DNA of 64,000 nt from an uncultured Chlamydiae bacterium. Its GTDB lineage: Bacteria; Chlamydiota; Chlamydiia; Chlamydiales; JAJFMB01. The translations under genes and the position numbers were made by a program. Below, piece by piece: positions 48,650 to 58,184 of this stretch. The stretch covers positions 2,720,001-2,784,000 of the forward strand of contig CAVOJR010000001.1 in the NCBI GenBank assembly GCA_963696295.1. Reading direction: 5' to 3'. The stretch's first letter is position 1. Each line of letters opens with the position of its first letter. The notes below the pieces were generated by a model, which did not search any database, had not been told where the DNA came from, and saw only the letters and a list, made by a program, of their open reading frames with translations.

Positions 48650-51153
48650 GTCTGTTTGTGAACTGGTCGTTTGATGAGCTGTTTCAATTAATCGAAGTCG
48701 AGGGTCTCGCTTATTTCAAAGGATCAAAGCACGGCATAGAAAAAGAGTGCCTCCGCGTGGATCCTACCGGATGGCTCGCCAAAACACCCCATCCCAAAGC
48801 ATTAGGCTCCGCGCTTACTCACCCGTATATCAGCACAGATTTTTCTGAGGCCCAGCTAGAGTTTATCACGCCCGCTTTTACTCATGAAGAAGACGCCTTG
48901 AAATTTTTATATCAGCTTCATGCTTATGTCTATCAACATATTGGCTCTGAGCAGCTGTGGCCTTTCAGCGTACCGGGAGTGCTGCCGGATGAGGTGGAGA
49001 TTCCCCTCGCAGAATATGGAATGTCGCAGCGCGGTCTCGAAAAGCATATTTATCGAAAAGGACTAACCTACCGGTATGGAAAAAAAATGCAAACGTTATC
49101 GGGCGTGCATTACAACTTCTCCTTTTCTCCGGCGTTCCTCGATTTTTTGCACGCCCGTTATGCCCACCTGATGGAGAAGAAACTCTTTATTTCCGAAATG
49201 TATTTGAAGATCGTGCGCAACTTTTTGCGTCTGGGATGGTTGAACACCTATCTTTTTGGAGCGACACCCGCAGCGGACAGATCATATTTTCATAAACCGG
49301 AGCCTCCCTTGAAGGCTTTGGATCCCCATACCCTCTACGGACCTGCCGCGACCTCCCTTCGGATGAGCCATCTCGGCTATTATAGCAAGATAGAGTGGCA
49401 GAAACCGATCTCTTTCAATTCCTACAAGGAATATGTCGAAGATTTGGCTTTTGCGGTGTCAACTCCCTATCCCCCCTTTACTAAGATGGGGTTATATCGG
49501 CGAGGAGAGCAGATTCAATTAAACGATCATTATCTGCAGGCTGAGGCGGAACACTACACCAGAATACGTCCAAAGCCTCATTTGCGCCATCGGGAACGCC
49601 CGCTGACTGCTTTAACGCAAGACGGGATTCAGTATGTAGAGGTGCGCTCGATCGACATTGATCCTTATAGCTGCCAGGGAGTGGATGTGGAGCAGCTTTA
49701 TTTCTTGCATGTTTTTCTTAATTTGTGCCTGATTGAGCCGAGCCCGCCGCTGGATGAGAATGAAAGCCGGATGATGAAAGAGAATCAGAATATGACGGCC
49801 CTTTATGGGCGCAATCCCCGTTTACAGCTTAATTATCAAGGGCGCCAATATTCCTTAAGGCATTGGGCGCAAGATATTTTGACTAAAATGGAAGGGGTTG
49901 CAGGATTATTGGACCGAGCCTTTAAGTGCGATAAATACCTCAAAACAATAAGCCGGCAAAAAGAGAAGCTCGTCTCGCCCGAACTTTTGTTATCGGATAG
50001 GATTATGCGCGATTTAGCTGAGGGCCATTTGTCTCTTCAACAACTCGGCTGCCAGCTCGGCAAGAAATGCAAAAAAGCCTTTCAAAAGCGCCCCCTTTCC
50101 AAATCCTTTGAGCAGAGAATGACTCAAACAGCGATTAAGTCCATTGAAAGCCAAGAGTGTGAAGAGATTTTAGACGATCTTAGCCTTCGGGGTTACGAAA
50201 CCCTTGAAACCTCAACCCAAACCCTTATCCGCGAAGCCAAAAACCGGGGTATTAAAGTCGAAATATTGGATTGGGAAGACAACCTCATCCGACTGACCAA
50301 AGGGAAGAAAGTGGAGATTGTGAAGCAGGCGACAAGAACATCAAAAGATTCTCTGATTGCTTTCCATCTCATGGAAAATAAGCACGTGACGAAACAGATT
50401 CTCAAAGAGAACGGTTTGCCTGTGCCTTCCGGGGGAGTTTATGCCGGTTTTGATAAAGCCTTAAACGAGTATGGGCAATATTCAGAAAGATCTATCGTGG
50501 TAAAGCCTAACCTGACTAATTACGGAATAGGTATTTCGTTCATTTCTCCCGGCGATGAAGAGGGGTATAAGAGTGCCCTGAAGGAAGCTTTTCAACATGG
50601 AGGGCAAGTGATTGTCGAAGAGTATTGCCGGGGGGATGAGTATCGGTTTCTTGTCATCGGAGATAGAGTCGCAGCCGTGTGTCAAAGGATTCCGGCCAAT
50701 GTCGTCGGAGACGGGGTGCATACGATAGCGGAACTCGTCAGGCAGAAAAATCACAATCCTCTAGCCTTTCGAAAGTTTTCCCCGATCAAATTGGGCGCTG
50801 TGGAAAAAAACTATCTGCGGCAATTTGGAATGACTCCTCAGTCGGTGCCAATGACCGGAGAGCGGATATTTTTAAGAAAAAACAGCAATGTCTCAACGGG
50901 CGGTGAATCGATCGATTTTACCGAAGAGGGACACGAAAGTTATAGGGCATTGGCCTGCAAGGCGGCAAAAGCGGTCAAAGCGGCGATTTGCGGAGTTGAC
51001 ATGATCATTGAAAATATCCATGAACCCCTCTCTCATGGGAATCCCGCTATTTTGGAGCTGAATTTTAATCCGGCCCTCTACTTGCATCGCTTTCCTGCTG
51101 AGGGAAAAAAACGGCATGTCGAAAAAGACGTCCTCGACTTCCTGGGATTTTGA
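48646..51153 (+). CDS. gshAB: bifunctional glutamate-cysteine ligase / glutathione synthetase
   Basis: GIEKECLRV, HPYISTDFSEAQLEFITP, YGKKMQTLSGVHYNFS, YVEVR, then ATP-grasp KQATRTSKD, VVKP..TNYGIGIS, RIPANVVGDG, NSNVSTGG, LELNFNP. Confidence 0.94.
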   Translation: MSLFVNWSFDELFQLIEVEGLAYFKGSKHGIEKECLRVDPTGWLAKTPHPKALGSALTHPYISTDFSEAQLEFITPAFTHEEDALKFLYQLHAYVYQHIGSEQLWPFSVPGVLPDEVEIPLAEYGMSQRGLEKHIYRKGLTYRYGKKMQTLSGVHYNFSFSPAFLDFLHARYAHLMEKKLFISEMYLKIVRNFLRLGWLNTYLFGATPAADRSYFHKPEPPLKALDPHTLYGPAATSLRMSHLGYYSKIEWQKPISFNSYKEYVEDLAFAVSTPYPPFTKMGLYRRGEQIQLNDHYLQAEAEHYTRIRPKPHLRHRERPLTALTQDGIQYVEVRSIDIDPYSCQGVDVEQLYFLHVFLNLCLIEPSPPLDENESRMMKENQNMTALYGRNPRLQLNYQGRQYSLRHWAQDILTKMEGVAGLLDRAFKCDKYLKTISRQKEKLVSPELLLSDRIMRDLAEGHLSLQQLGCQLGKKCKKAFQKRPLSKSFEQRMTQTAIKSIESQECEEILDDLSLRGYETLETSTQTLIREAKNRGIKVEILDWEDNLIRLTKGKKVEIVKQATRTSKDSLIAFHLMENKHVTKQILKENGLPVPSGGVYAGFDKALNEYGQYSERSIVVKPNLTNYGIGISFISPGDEEGYKSALKEAFQHGGQVIVEEYCRGDEYRFLVIGDRVAAVCQRIPANVVGDGVHTIAELVRQKNHNPLAFRKFSPIKLGAVEKNYLRQFGMTPQSVPMTGERIFLRKNSNVSTGGESIDFTEEGHESYRALACKAAKAVKAAICGVDMIIENIHEPLSHGNPAILELNFNPALYLHRFPAEGKKRHVEKDVLDFLGF

Positions 51154-51323
51154 CATCCCCGCTTTTTGGGCTACTGGTTTAATTTCGTCCAGTGGCATAC
51201 ATTGTTCGTCGTCCATAGCTAAAGCTATGAACTCCTCACAAGTTTTGCGATTCCTTGGTCTCGCTCCGAAATACCAAGTGGACGAAAATAAACCAATAGC
51301 CCCTTTTTGCAGGGGCGTCAAAA
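51148..51323. mobile_element. palindromic MITE-like element, copy 1 (supplies the gshAB stop codon)
   Basis: ttttgac...gtcaaaa ends, ~50-bp imperfect terminal IRs, central gtccatagc-taaa-gctatgaac hairpin. Confidence 0.75.
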
Positions 51324-51383
51324 CTTGATTTTTGTGCTGGTGCTAGAGCATCTCTAATTGTATCAGAGGCTTTAATTCCGATA

Positions 51384-51570
51384 TTTGACACCCCCGCTTT
51401 TTGGGCTACTGGTTTAATTTCGTCCAGTGGCATTTCGGGTCGCAAACCTTGTTCGTCGTCCATAGCTAAAGCTATGAACTCCTCACAAGTTTTGCGATTC
51501 CTTGGTCTCGCTCCGAAATACCAAGTGGACGAAAATAAACCAATAGCCCCTTTTTGCAGGGGCGTCAAAA
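51384..51570. mobile_element. palindromic MITE-like element, copy 2 (more complete)
   Basis: Near-identical to copy 1 but with ttcgggtcgcaaacc in place of aca. Confidence 0.75.
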
Positions 51571-51575
51571 CTACT

Positions 51576-52001
51576 TTATTTCTGTGCTGGTGTCAGAGCA
51601 TCTCTGATCGTATCAGCGGCTTTAATTCCGATATATGTTGCCGGTAAGGTTTTAAAGACTGTAATAAACAGAACCGTAACATTCAAGGGTATCAAAGCCA
51701 ATGGGGTCAATTGAGCGGCTATGAGCGTTTTAGAAAGCGTTCCCGCTGCCTTATCGGTTTCTTTAAAGCATTTATCCATAACATACTTGGTCACTGCTTG
51801 AGCGATATAGAACGCGCCTCCAATATAGGCGTAATCTCTCAAATTCGCGGGGTAGGCATATTCATGACCCGATAGGGCGGCATAGGCAGCGCCAACTGCA
51901 ATTTTTCCTGCATAGGTGGCTCCGGCACAGGCCAGGGTATTTTCCACGTGTTCAAAAAATTGTCCTGCGTGTGAATTACGTCCAACGATAATACTAGCCA
52001 T
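51576..52001 (-). CDS. hydrophobic hypothetical protein
   Basis: AAGGAGG SD, 141 aa, several hydrophobic segments. Confidence 0.7.
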   Translation of the reverse strand: MASIIVGRNSHAGQFFEHVENTLACAGATYAGKIAVGAAYAALSGHEYAYPANLRDYAYIGGAFYIAQAVTKYVMDKCFKETDKAAGTLSKTLIAAQLTPLALIPLNVTVLFITVFKTLPATYIGIKAADTIRDALTPAQK

Positions 52002-52140
52002 TACATACCTCCTTAGTTGTACAGCAGTTTTCTGTGAGACAAAAAATTTCGTTTATATCAAAGAGGGAGAATTTTCCCAAAGAAAAAAATTCACTTTTTT
52101 TAATGACTGTGGTAAACTACCTGCTTTTAAATGAGGTGAT

Positions 52141-52596
52141 TTGATGTTCAAAAAAAGTTTAAATTTTCTTATGTTGTTGCAATTCTGTCTGTTCGGTTCT
52201 GAGACAGCCACTTTTTCCCATTATGATCTGGCCACAAAAAAAGAGACGGTCGATTTAGAATGGTTTAACTGGTTTTCTTCCACACCCGAGAATGCGGTTT
52301 CTGCGATTGTGAAAGAGATCCGCCAAAGCGCTTATCTTTATTATACGTCTAACAACTTAGCCGATTTGAATCAGCTGGCGATTTCCACCTTTCGGCTGAA
52401 AAAAGTTTATCTGGATGCGGGATTTGAGGTTCAAATGGCGATTACTTCAATTTATGATGGCTCCCGGTACTATGAAGGTTTTTCTCAAGCCTGCCCGACA
52501 AACCCGGTCTATTCGCTAAAGGAAGAGGTGTGGAAGGAGATGGATGGAAAGGCAAAGGAAATGGCGCTCATTTCCTATCAAATGAGCGCAGGCTGA
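52141..52596 (+). CDS. secreted hypothetical protein
   Basis: GAGGTG SD, signal-like N terminus. Confidence 0.65.
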   Translation: MMFKKSLNFLMLLQFCLFGSETATFSHYDLATKKETVDLEWFNWFSSTPENAVSAIVKEIRQSAYLYYTSNNLADLNQLAISTFRLKKVYLDAGFEVQMAITSIYDGSRYYEGFSQACPTNPVYSLKEEVWKEMDGKAKEMALISYQMSAG

Positions 52597-52605
52597 CGCC
52601 TCTTT

Positions 52606-53136
52606 TTAACGTTCTTCGGGCATAGATCCTAGACCCAGGAAAATTTGGCTGAAGCCCAGGAAAAGCAGATTGATGCCGACTAACAGCCCTATGACCCAGG
52701 CGGCTGTACCTGGCCATCCGCTCCAAATTAAGGCCGCCAAAATAATACTGATGATTCCGCTGAATAACAGCCACGCCCAGTTTCCAAAAGCGCGCATTTC
52801 AAAAGAAAGGACCAGTTTCGCCACACCTTCAATCAAGAAGAACAGGGCTAAAAGCAGGGTTAAAGTCAATACGCCTGACAATGGATAGGCCAGCAGAATA
52901 ATACCCGCTGCCAGATAGACTAATGCGCTGATGATTGACCACACAATTTCACCAGCTCTATGAAATTGAAAGGTGCGTACAAATTGTATTATCCCGCCGA
53001 TAATAAATAACCAGCCGATTAGCAGTTCAACGCTTAAGGTTGACAATTTGGGCAACGCGATCGCCAGAATTCCCAGGATTACAAATATAATCCCTTCTCC
53101 GATCAATGCCCCGCGATATTTCTTCATGAGTTCCAT
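52606..53136 (-). CDS. HdeD family acid-resistance membrane protein
   Basis: EGIIFVILGILAI..P, GWLFIIGG, WPGTAAWVIGLLVGINLLF.G. Confidence 0.93.
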   Translation of the reverse strand: MELMKKYRGALIGEGIIFVILGILAIALPKLSTLSVELLIGWLFIIGGIIQFVRTFQFHRAGEIVWSIISALVYLAAGIILLAYPLSGVLTLTLLLALFFLIEGVAKLVLSFEMRAFGNWAWLLFSGIISIILAALIWSGWPGTAAWVIGLLVGINLLFLGFSQIFLGLGSMPEER

Positions 53137-53176
53137 ATAAACCTCAACTTAAAATTACATTCCAAAATTTTTTCCT

Positions 53177-53668
53177 CTACGGAAGAAGAACATTATCGAT
53201 GACGTGAATCATCCCGTTGGATGCTTCGATATCACCACCTACCACTTGAGCCCCGTTTACTTTAATGCCTGAACCGGTCACTTGAATTTTGAGTTCCTTG
53301 CCGTTTGCTGTTTGGGCGTTCATGGTTTGCAAGCCGGTTGTCATAATTTTTCCTGGCACGACATGGTTGAGAAGAATTTCTCTTAGCTGCTCCTTATTTT
53401 CCGGTCTTAACAGGTCGGCCAATTTATCCCTTCCCATTTTTTTGAATGCCTCATTATTCGGTGCAAAAAGGGTATAGGGTCCGGGTCCTTCAAGGAGAGA
53501 TGCCAGCCCGGCTGCTTGCAAAGCAAATACAAACGTTTGTATATCAGGATCCTGCGCAGCAGTCTGGACGACATTTTCTTGTATGTATGGCGGATTTGCT
53601 TTCTCCATGGCGTAAGTAAAGGCGAACATGAGAGCAAATGTTAAAAATAGTAATTTTATAATTGCCAT
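53177..53668 (-). CDS. fasciclin (FAS1) domain protein
   Basis: GPYTLFAPNNEAF, IL.NHVVPG, DIEASNGMIHVIDNVLLP. Confidence 0.95.
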   Translation of the reverse strand: MAIIKLLFLTFALMFAFTYAMEKANPPYIQENVVQTAAQDPDIQTFVFALQAAGLASLLEGPGPYTLFAPNNEAFKKMGRDKLADLLRPENKEQLREILLNHVVPGKIMTTGLQTMNAQTANGKELKIQVTGSGIKVNGAQVVGGDIEASNGMIHVIDNVLLP

Positions 53669-53791
53669 GATATAATCCTCTCCATATGTTTATTGTCTAA
53701 ACCAATTATATTAAAAATAATAATTATAATCATTAAATCAAAATAACTAAGTTTAACCAGTTAATAATAAATGAGGTGAGCTTAGGGATTA

Positions 53792-54439
53792 TCAGACTTT
53801 GAAATGATGCTTGAGCCAACCTGAGGCGAGGCGGGCAGCTTCTTCCAGAGTACCCGGCTCTTCAAATAGATGGGTAGCCCCTGGAACGATCTCCATTCTT
53901 TTTTTACTGTTCAGCAGAGCATAAGCCTGTTTATTCAGGTCGATGACCACGCTGTCCTCACCCCCTACAATGAATAGAGTGGGGGAGACCACTTTTGAGA
54001 GCGCGGCAAAAGCCAGATCGGGACGACCTCCGCGGGAGACTACTGAGGCGATCTCCTCCCCGCGCTCCGCAGCGGCGATTAAGGCCGAAGCGGCCCCTGT
54101 GCTGGAACCGATATAGGCCACTTTGAATTGTTTTGTTCTTTTGTCCTGGCTGAGCCATTTTGTGACATGCTCCAACCGGGAAGCCAGCAGAGGGATGTCA
54201 AAGCGGTATTCGCGGGTGATTTGATCGATCTTATCCTCTTTAGGGGTCAGCAGATCGATGAGGAGTGTAGCCATTTGATTTTCATTAAAAACTTCTGCGA
54301 CATATTGATTGCGAGGGCTAAACCGGCTGCTTCCGCTGCCGTGAGAAAAAAGAACCAGCCCTATAGCATCTTCCGGGATGGTTAATATGCCGGTTAATTG
54401 TTCCTTTCCGGACGGAACATGGACTTCTTCTTTTATCAT
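53792..54439 (-). CDS. alpha/beta hydrolase (dienelactone hydrolase-like)
   Basis: FSHGSGSSRFSPRN, GSSTGAA, VSRGGRPDLA, PGATHLFEEPG. Confidence 0.92.
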   Translation of the reverse strand: MIKEEVHVPSGKEQLTGILTIPEDAIGLVLFSHGSGSSRFSPRNQYVAEVFNENQMATLLIDLLTPKEDKIDQITREYRFDIPLLASRLEHVTKWLSQDKRTKQFKVAYIGSSTGAASALIAAAERGEEIASVVSRGGRPDLAFAALSKVVSPTLFIVGGEDSVVIDLNKQAYALLNSKKRMEIVPGATHLFEEPGTLEEAARLASGWLKHHFKV

Positions 54440-54525
54440 GATATTCTCCAAATATCATACCTGTAGAATTATTGACAAATAAAATATGAAATGTTAAGCA
54501 GCTATAAAAAGCAAGGGGATATTTT

Positions 54526-55455
54526 ATGCATCTTTGTCTCAAGTTCATTTGTCTATTTTTATTAGTCTGCTGTCACATCGAGGGGTGTACGCGTATCTAT
54601 TGCAATCAGGACTCTTCGCATCTGCGGTTTGCAAGAACCATGGATCTCTTTGTCGACGACAAGCCTCAATTGACTGTCTATCCCAGGGGGGTATTAAGAC
54701 ACGGGCAGACGGCAGATAACACCAAAAGATGGAAATCAAAATATGGCAGCGCCGTCGTTACGGCTTTCCATCAAGCCTTTGTCACTGACGGAATTAATGA
54801 AGCGGGCTTTGGTGCCCATCTCCTTTTTTTGGAGGAGGGGGCATTTCAGGAGAAAAATCCCGACAAACCGGCTCTTTCAAGTTTCTGTGTGGCACAATTT
54901 CTGCTTGACAATTGCAAAACGGTTACTGAAGCTATAGAGCAATTGACTCTTTGCCAGGTGGTAGGGGGGATGCTCGCGCAAAAAGAGTGGCCGGTGCAGA
55001 TAGCGATCGAAGATCTCTTAGGGGATTCGGCTGTTGTGGAATTCATCGGCGGGAAAATTGCAGTGCATCAAGGGCCTCAATACAAAGTGGTTGCGAGCAG
55101 CGGTCATTATGAATCTCAATTAAACAGATTGAAAGAGTTTCAAACTTTCGGCGGCAAAATGCCTCTTCCCGGAGGCGCGGATTCTTTAAGCCGTTTCGTC
55201 AGGGCATCCTCATTTTTAGAGACTTTGCCAAAAGCGCATGATGAGTCGGAAGCTGCAGCGGGAATGTTCAGTTTAATCCGCACCGCTCAAATTCCTTTCG
55301 GGGCAAAAGGGGTGTGGGAAACCCGCTGGATTACCGTAGGGGATCTCTCCAAAAGGGTGTTTTATTTTAGCAGCGCGGCAAAAGGCGATGTCATTCGCGT
55401 AGATTTAAAGCAATTCAATCTTGCCGAAGGGAGCCCGGTCAGGGAACTGATTTAA
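54526..55455 (+). CDS. linear amide C-N hydrolase (penicillin V acylase/choloylglycine hydrolase family)
   Basis: Signal peptide then CTR, ARTMD, WKSKYGS, DGINEAG, LPGG..S.SRFVRA. Confidence 0.9.
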   Translation: MHLCLKFICLFLLVCCHIEGCTRIYCNQDSSHLRFARTMDLFVDDKPQLTVYPRGVLRHGQTADNTKRWKSKYGSAVVTAFHQAFVTDGINEAGFGAHLLFLEEGAFQEKNPDKPALSSFCVAQFLLDNCKTVTEAIEQLTLCQVVGGMLAQKEWPVQIAIEDLLGDSAVVEFIGGKIAVHQGPQYKVVASSGHYESQLNRLKEFQTFGGKMPLPGGADSLSRFVRASSFLETLPKAHDESEAAAGMFSLIRTAQIPFGAKGVWETRWITVGDLSKRVFYFSSAAKGDVIRVDLKQFNLAEGSPVRELI

Positions 55456-55457
55456 CA

Positions 55458-56525
55458 ATGCGCGTTCTCTCCATTAATGGCGGGTCATCAAGCCTCAAAT
55501 TCGCTCTCTATGACGATCAGGAGACATTAATCTTAATGGGTAAGGCTGACCGGATCGGTTTGAAGGAGAGCCAATTTTCTCTTTGGGGCCCCCGCGGCGA
55601 GCTGCTTTCGCAGAAGACGCAAAAGATTGCAGACCACAAGGAAGCTTTGCAAATACTGTGTGATCAGAAGCTGCAGTTCGACGCGATCGGGCACCGCATT
55701 GTGCAGGGCGGTCCGGAGTATGTGCGCCCCTGCAGGATTACCCCGGAAGTGATTGCAGCCTTAAAAAAACTGGCGCCCTTCGATCCGGACCATTTGCCGC
55801 TTGAGATTGGCGCGATCGAATGGGCCTTGCAGCACTATCCGGGCCTGCCTCAAATTGCCTGTTTTGACACCTGTTTTCATGCGGAAATCCCTTCAGTGGC
55901 AAAACATTTTGCCATACCGCGCCGATTTTGGGGCCATGGACTTCACCGGTACGGTTTCCATGGCTTATCCTACGAGTACGTGATGCAGGAACTTAAAAAA
56001 ACCGATCCGAAAATAGCCTCTGAGGGCAAAATCGTCATCGCCCACCTCGGCAACGGGGCGAGCATGGCGGCAGTTAAAGCGGGGAAATGCATCGACACCT
56101 CGATGGGGTTCACGCCGCTTGGCGGATTGATCATGAGCAGCCGCTCAGGAGACCTGGATCCCAGCGTTTTGCTCTTTATGCAGAAAGAATTGGGATTAAG
56201 CCTTGAGGAATTGAGCCGGATTTTGAATAAAGAGTCGGGCCTGCTGGGCATTTCGAATTTAAGCGGCGACATGCAGGATCTCCTGAAAGCCAAAACCCCC
56301 TTTGCGGCAGAAGCTGTCGAGATGTTTTGCTACCAGGCTAAAAAATTTCTCGGAGCCTATCGGCAGGTATTAGGCGGGCTTGACCTTCTGGTTTTCACCG
56401 GTGGAATAGGGGAAAATGCCGAAAGCGTTCGCAATCGGATTGCTGACTCGTTATCAGACGTAAAAATCATTAAAACAAACGAAGAACTAATGATAGCTCG
56501 ACACACATTTTCTATTTTAGTATAA
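55458..56525 (+). CDS. ackA: acetate kinase
   Basis: INGGSSSLKF, GHRIVQGG, FDT.FH, RYGFHGLSY, HLGNGAS, DTSMGFTPL, FTGGIGEN, TNEELMIA. Confidence 0.95.
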   Translation: MRVLSINGGSSSLKFALYDDQETLILMGKADRIGLKESQFSLWGPRGELLSQKTQKIADHKEALQILCDQKLQFDAIGHRIVQGGPEYVRPCRITPEVIAALKKLAPFDPDHLPLEIGAIEWALQHYPGLPQIACFDTCFHAEIPSVAKHFAIPRRFWGHGLHRYGFHGLSYEYVMQELKKTDPKIASEGKIVIAHLGNGASMAAVKAGKCIDTSMGFTPLGGLIMSSRSGDLDPSVLLFMQKELGLSLEELSRILNKESGLLGISNLSGDMQDLLKAKTPFAAEAVEMFCYQAKKFLGAYRQVLGGLDLLVFTGGIGENAESVRNRIADSLSDVKIIKTNEELMIARHTFSILV

Positions 56526-56536
56526 TAAAACTAAAA

Positions 56537-57673
56537 ATGGGGGTGTTTATGGCTTCTTTGTTAAAACTTATAAACTGTGGTCAAAGTTATTGGCTGGATA
56601 ATTTAACGCGCAAATTAATTCAATCGGGGGAAATAGAAAAGCGGGTGAAAGAGCAGGGGCTCCGAGGTATCACATCAAATCCTGCCATTTTTGAAAAAGC
56701 GATTGTGAAGAGCCATGATTATGATGAGCAGATTCTGCACTTATCGGGAAAGGGGGCGGAAGAGATCTATGAGGCTTTGGTCATCCAGGATATTCAAGAT
56801 GCCTGCGATCTATTAATGCCTGTCTTTGAGGAATCCAAGGGCTTGGATGGATATGTGAGTCTCGAAGTTTCTCCCCATTTGGCTCACGACCGGGAAGGGA
56901 CGGAAAAAGAGACGCGCCGTTTATTCAAATGGGTGAACCGCCCGAATTGCCTCATAAAGATTCCCGGCACCAAAGAGGGGATTGCCGCTGTGGAGCAGAT
57001 GCTCTACGAAGGGATTAATATCAATATCACGTTGCTTTTTTCCGTCGATGTTTATGAGCAAGTGGCTAAAGCCTATATCAAGGCTTTAAAACGGAGAGCC
57101 GACGAGGGTAAGCCAATCGATAAGATCGCCTCAGTCGCGAGTTTCTTTTTGAGCCGCATCGATGTTTTGGTCGACACACTTTTAGAGCAAAGAATATCGG
57201 GACAAAATAAAGAGCATGACCAAAAAGTGAAGGCCCTTTTAGGCAAAGCCGCTATCGCCAATGCCAAGCTCGCCTATCAGAGGTTTTTGAAAATCTTTCA
57301 CGGAGAGGATTGGGATGCGCTGAAGAAAAAGGGAGCCAGGGTGCAGCGGCCTCTTTGGGCAAGCACCAGCACCAAGAATCCCAATTATAACGATGTGATG
57401 TATGTTGAGCCTTTGATTGGGGAACACACCGTGAATACCCTGCCCGATCAAACCATTGAAGCTTTTGCCGACCATGGCAAAGTGGAGAAGGACACCATTT
57501 TACAAAATGTCGCCGAAGCCAAAGAAAACATCGGGCATTTAAAGCAATACGATATCGATATCGATTTTGTGACCGCTGAGTTGGTGAATGAGGGGATACA
57601 AAAATTCATAGACCCTTACGACACCTTGATTAAGTCAATCGAGGAAAAGGCGGCCTCCTTGAAAACAGCTTAA
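56537..57673 (+). CDS. tal: transaldolase (long, actinobacterial/plant-like type)
   Basis: GQSYWLDNLTR, GITSNPAIF, GYVSLEVSP, IKIPGT, SVASFFLSRID, QRPLWASTSTKNP. Confidence 0.95.
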   Translation: MGVFMASLLKLINCGQSYWLDNLTRKLIQSGEIEKRVKEQGLRGITSNPAIFEKAIVKSHDYDEQILHLSGKGAEEIYEALVIQDIQDACDLLMPVFEESKGLDGYVSLEVSPHLAHDREGTEKETRRLFKWVNRPNCLIKIPGTKEGIAAVEQMLYEGININITLLFSVDVYEQVAKAYIKALKRRADEGKPIDKIASVASFFLSRIDVLVDTLLEQRISGQNKEHDQKVKALLGKAAIANAKLAYQRFLKIFHGEDWDALKKKGARVQRPLWASTSTKNPNYNDVMYVEPLIGEHTVNTLPDQTIEAFADHGKVEKDTILQNVAEAKENIGHLKQYDIDIDFVTAELVNEGIQKFIDPYDTLIKSIEEKAASLKTA

Positions 57674-58184
57674 AGTTTCTTAAAGAGCTTCTGCAGCCTT
57701 CCGAAGGTTTTTTCGGACTGATTTTCGAAAAGCCTGAGGAGGCTCTTAATCTTTGCCGGTTCTTGGGAGCGGAACAGGTCGGCGATCTTTTGCAGCTCCT
57801 CAGGCTTTCTCTTGGCGATCAATTCATAAGCTCTTAATATCAAGTGATTTCGTTCGATAAAAGCGGCTTTGACAAGGTCTGTCTCCCCGCATGCCTGAAG
57901 GGTTTCTGTCAGGTAGAAATGCTATACCGTTCCTGGCAAGTCAGTCTAAAATCATTGACTATGCGGATCACGCCCTCTTCAACTTCTCTCTTTTTTTTCG
58001 TGGTATTCGCAAAATTGACGGCAACTTTGTGAATAATATTCTTATTCTCTAATTTGAAACCGCTCTCCTCTCTCTTTTTAAAAAAGTCGAGAATGGTGTT
58101 CTGATGGGGAAAGGTTATTTTTGCCTCACCGCGTTGTACAAACGGCTGAAGCATGGGAGCAAATGATTTAAGTACTGTAAGCAT
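57670..58184 (-). pseudogene. frameshifted hypothetical gene (or single-base sequence error)
   Basis: ORF from ATG 58184 stops at 57909; an 83-codon open frame continues from about 57921 to TAA at 57670-57672. Confidence 0.65.

Noticed and set aside
50893..51568. Paired ORFs starting MTPLQKGAIG (50893-51321, 51236-51568) and 51116-51328
   Set aside because: They are translations of the palindromic element copies, and one runs antisense into gshAB
57683..57747. Imperfect inverted repeat after tal as a terminator
   Set aside because: Pairing is weak and the region is better explained as the coding tail of the frameshifted minus-strand gene
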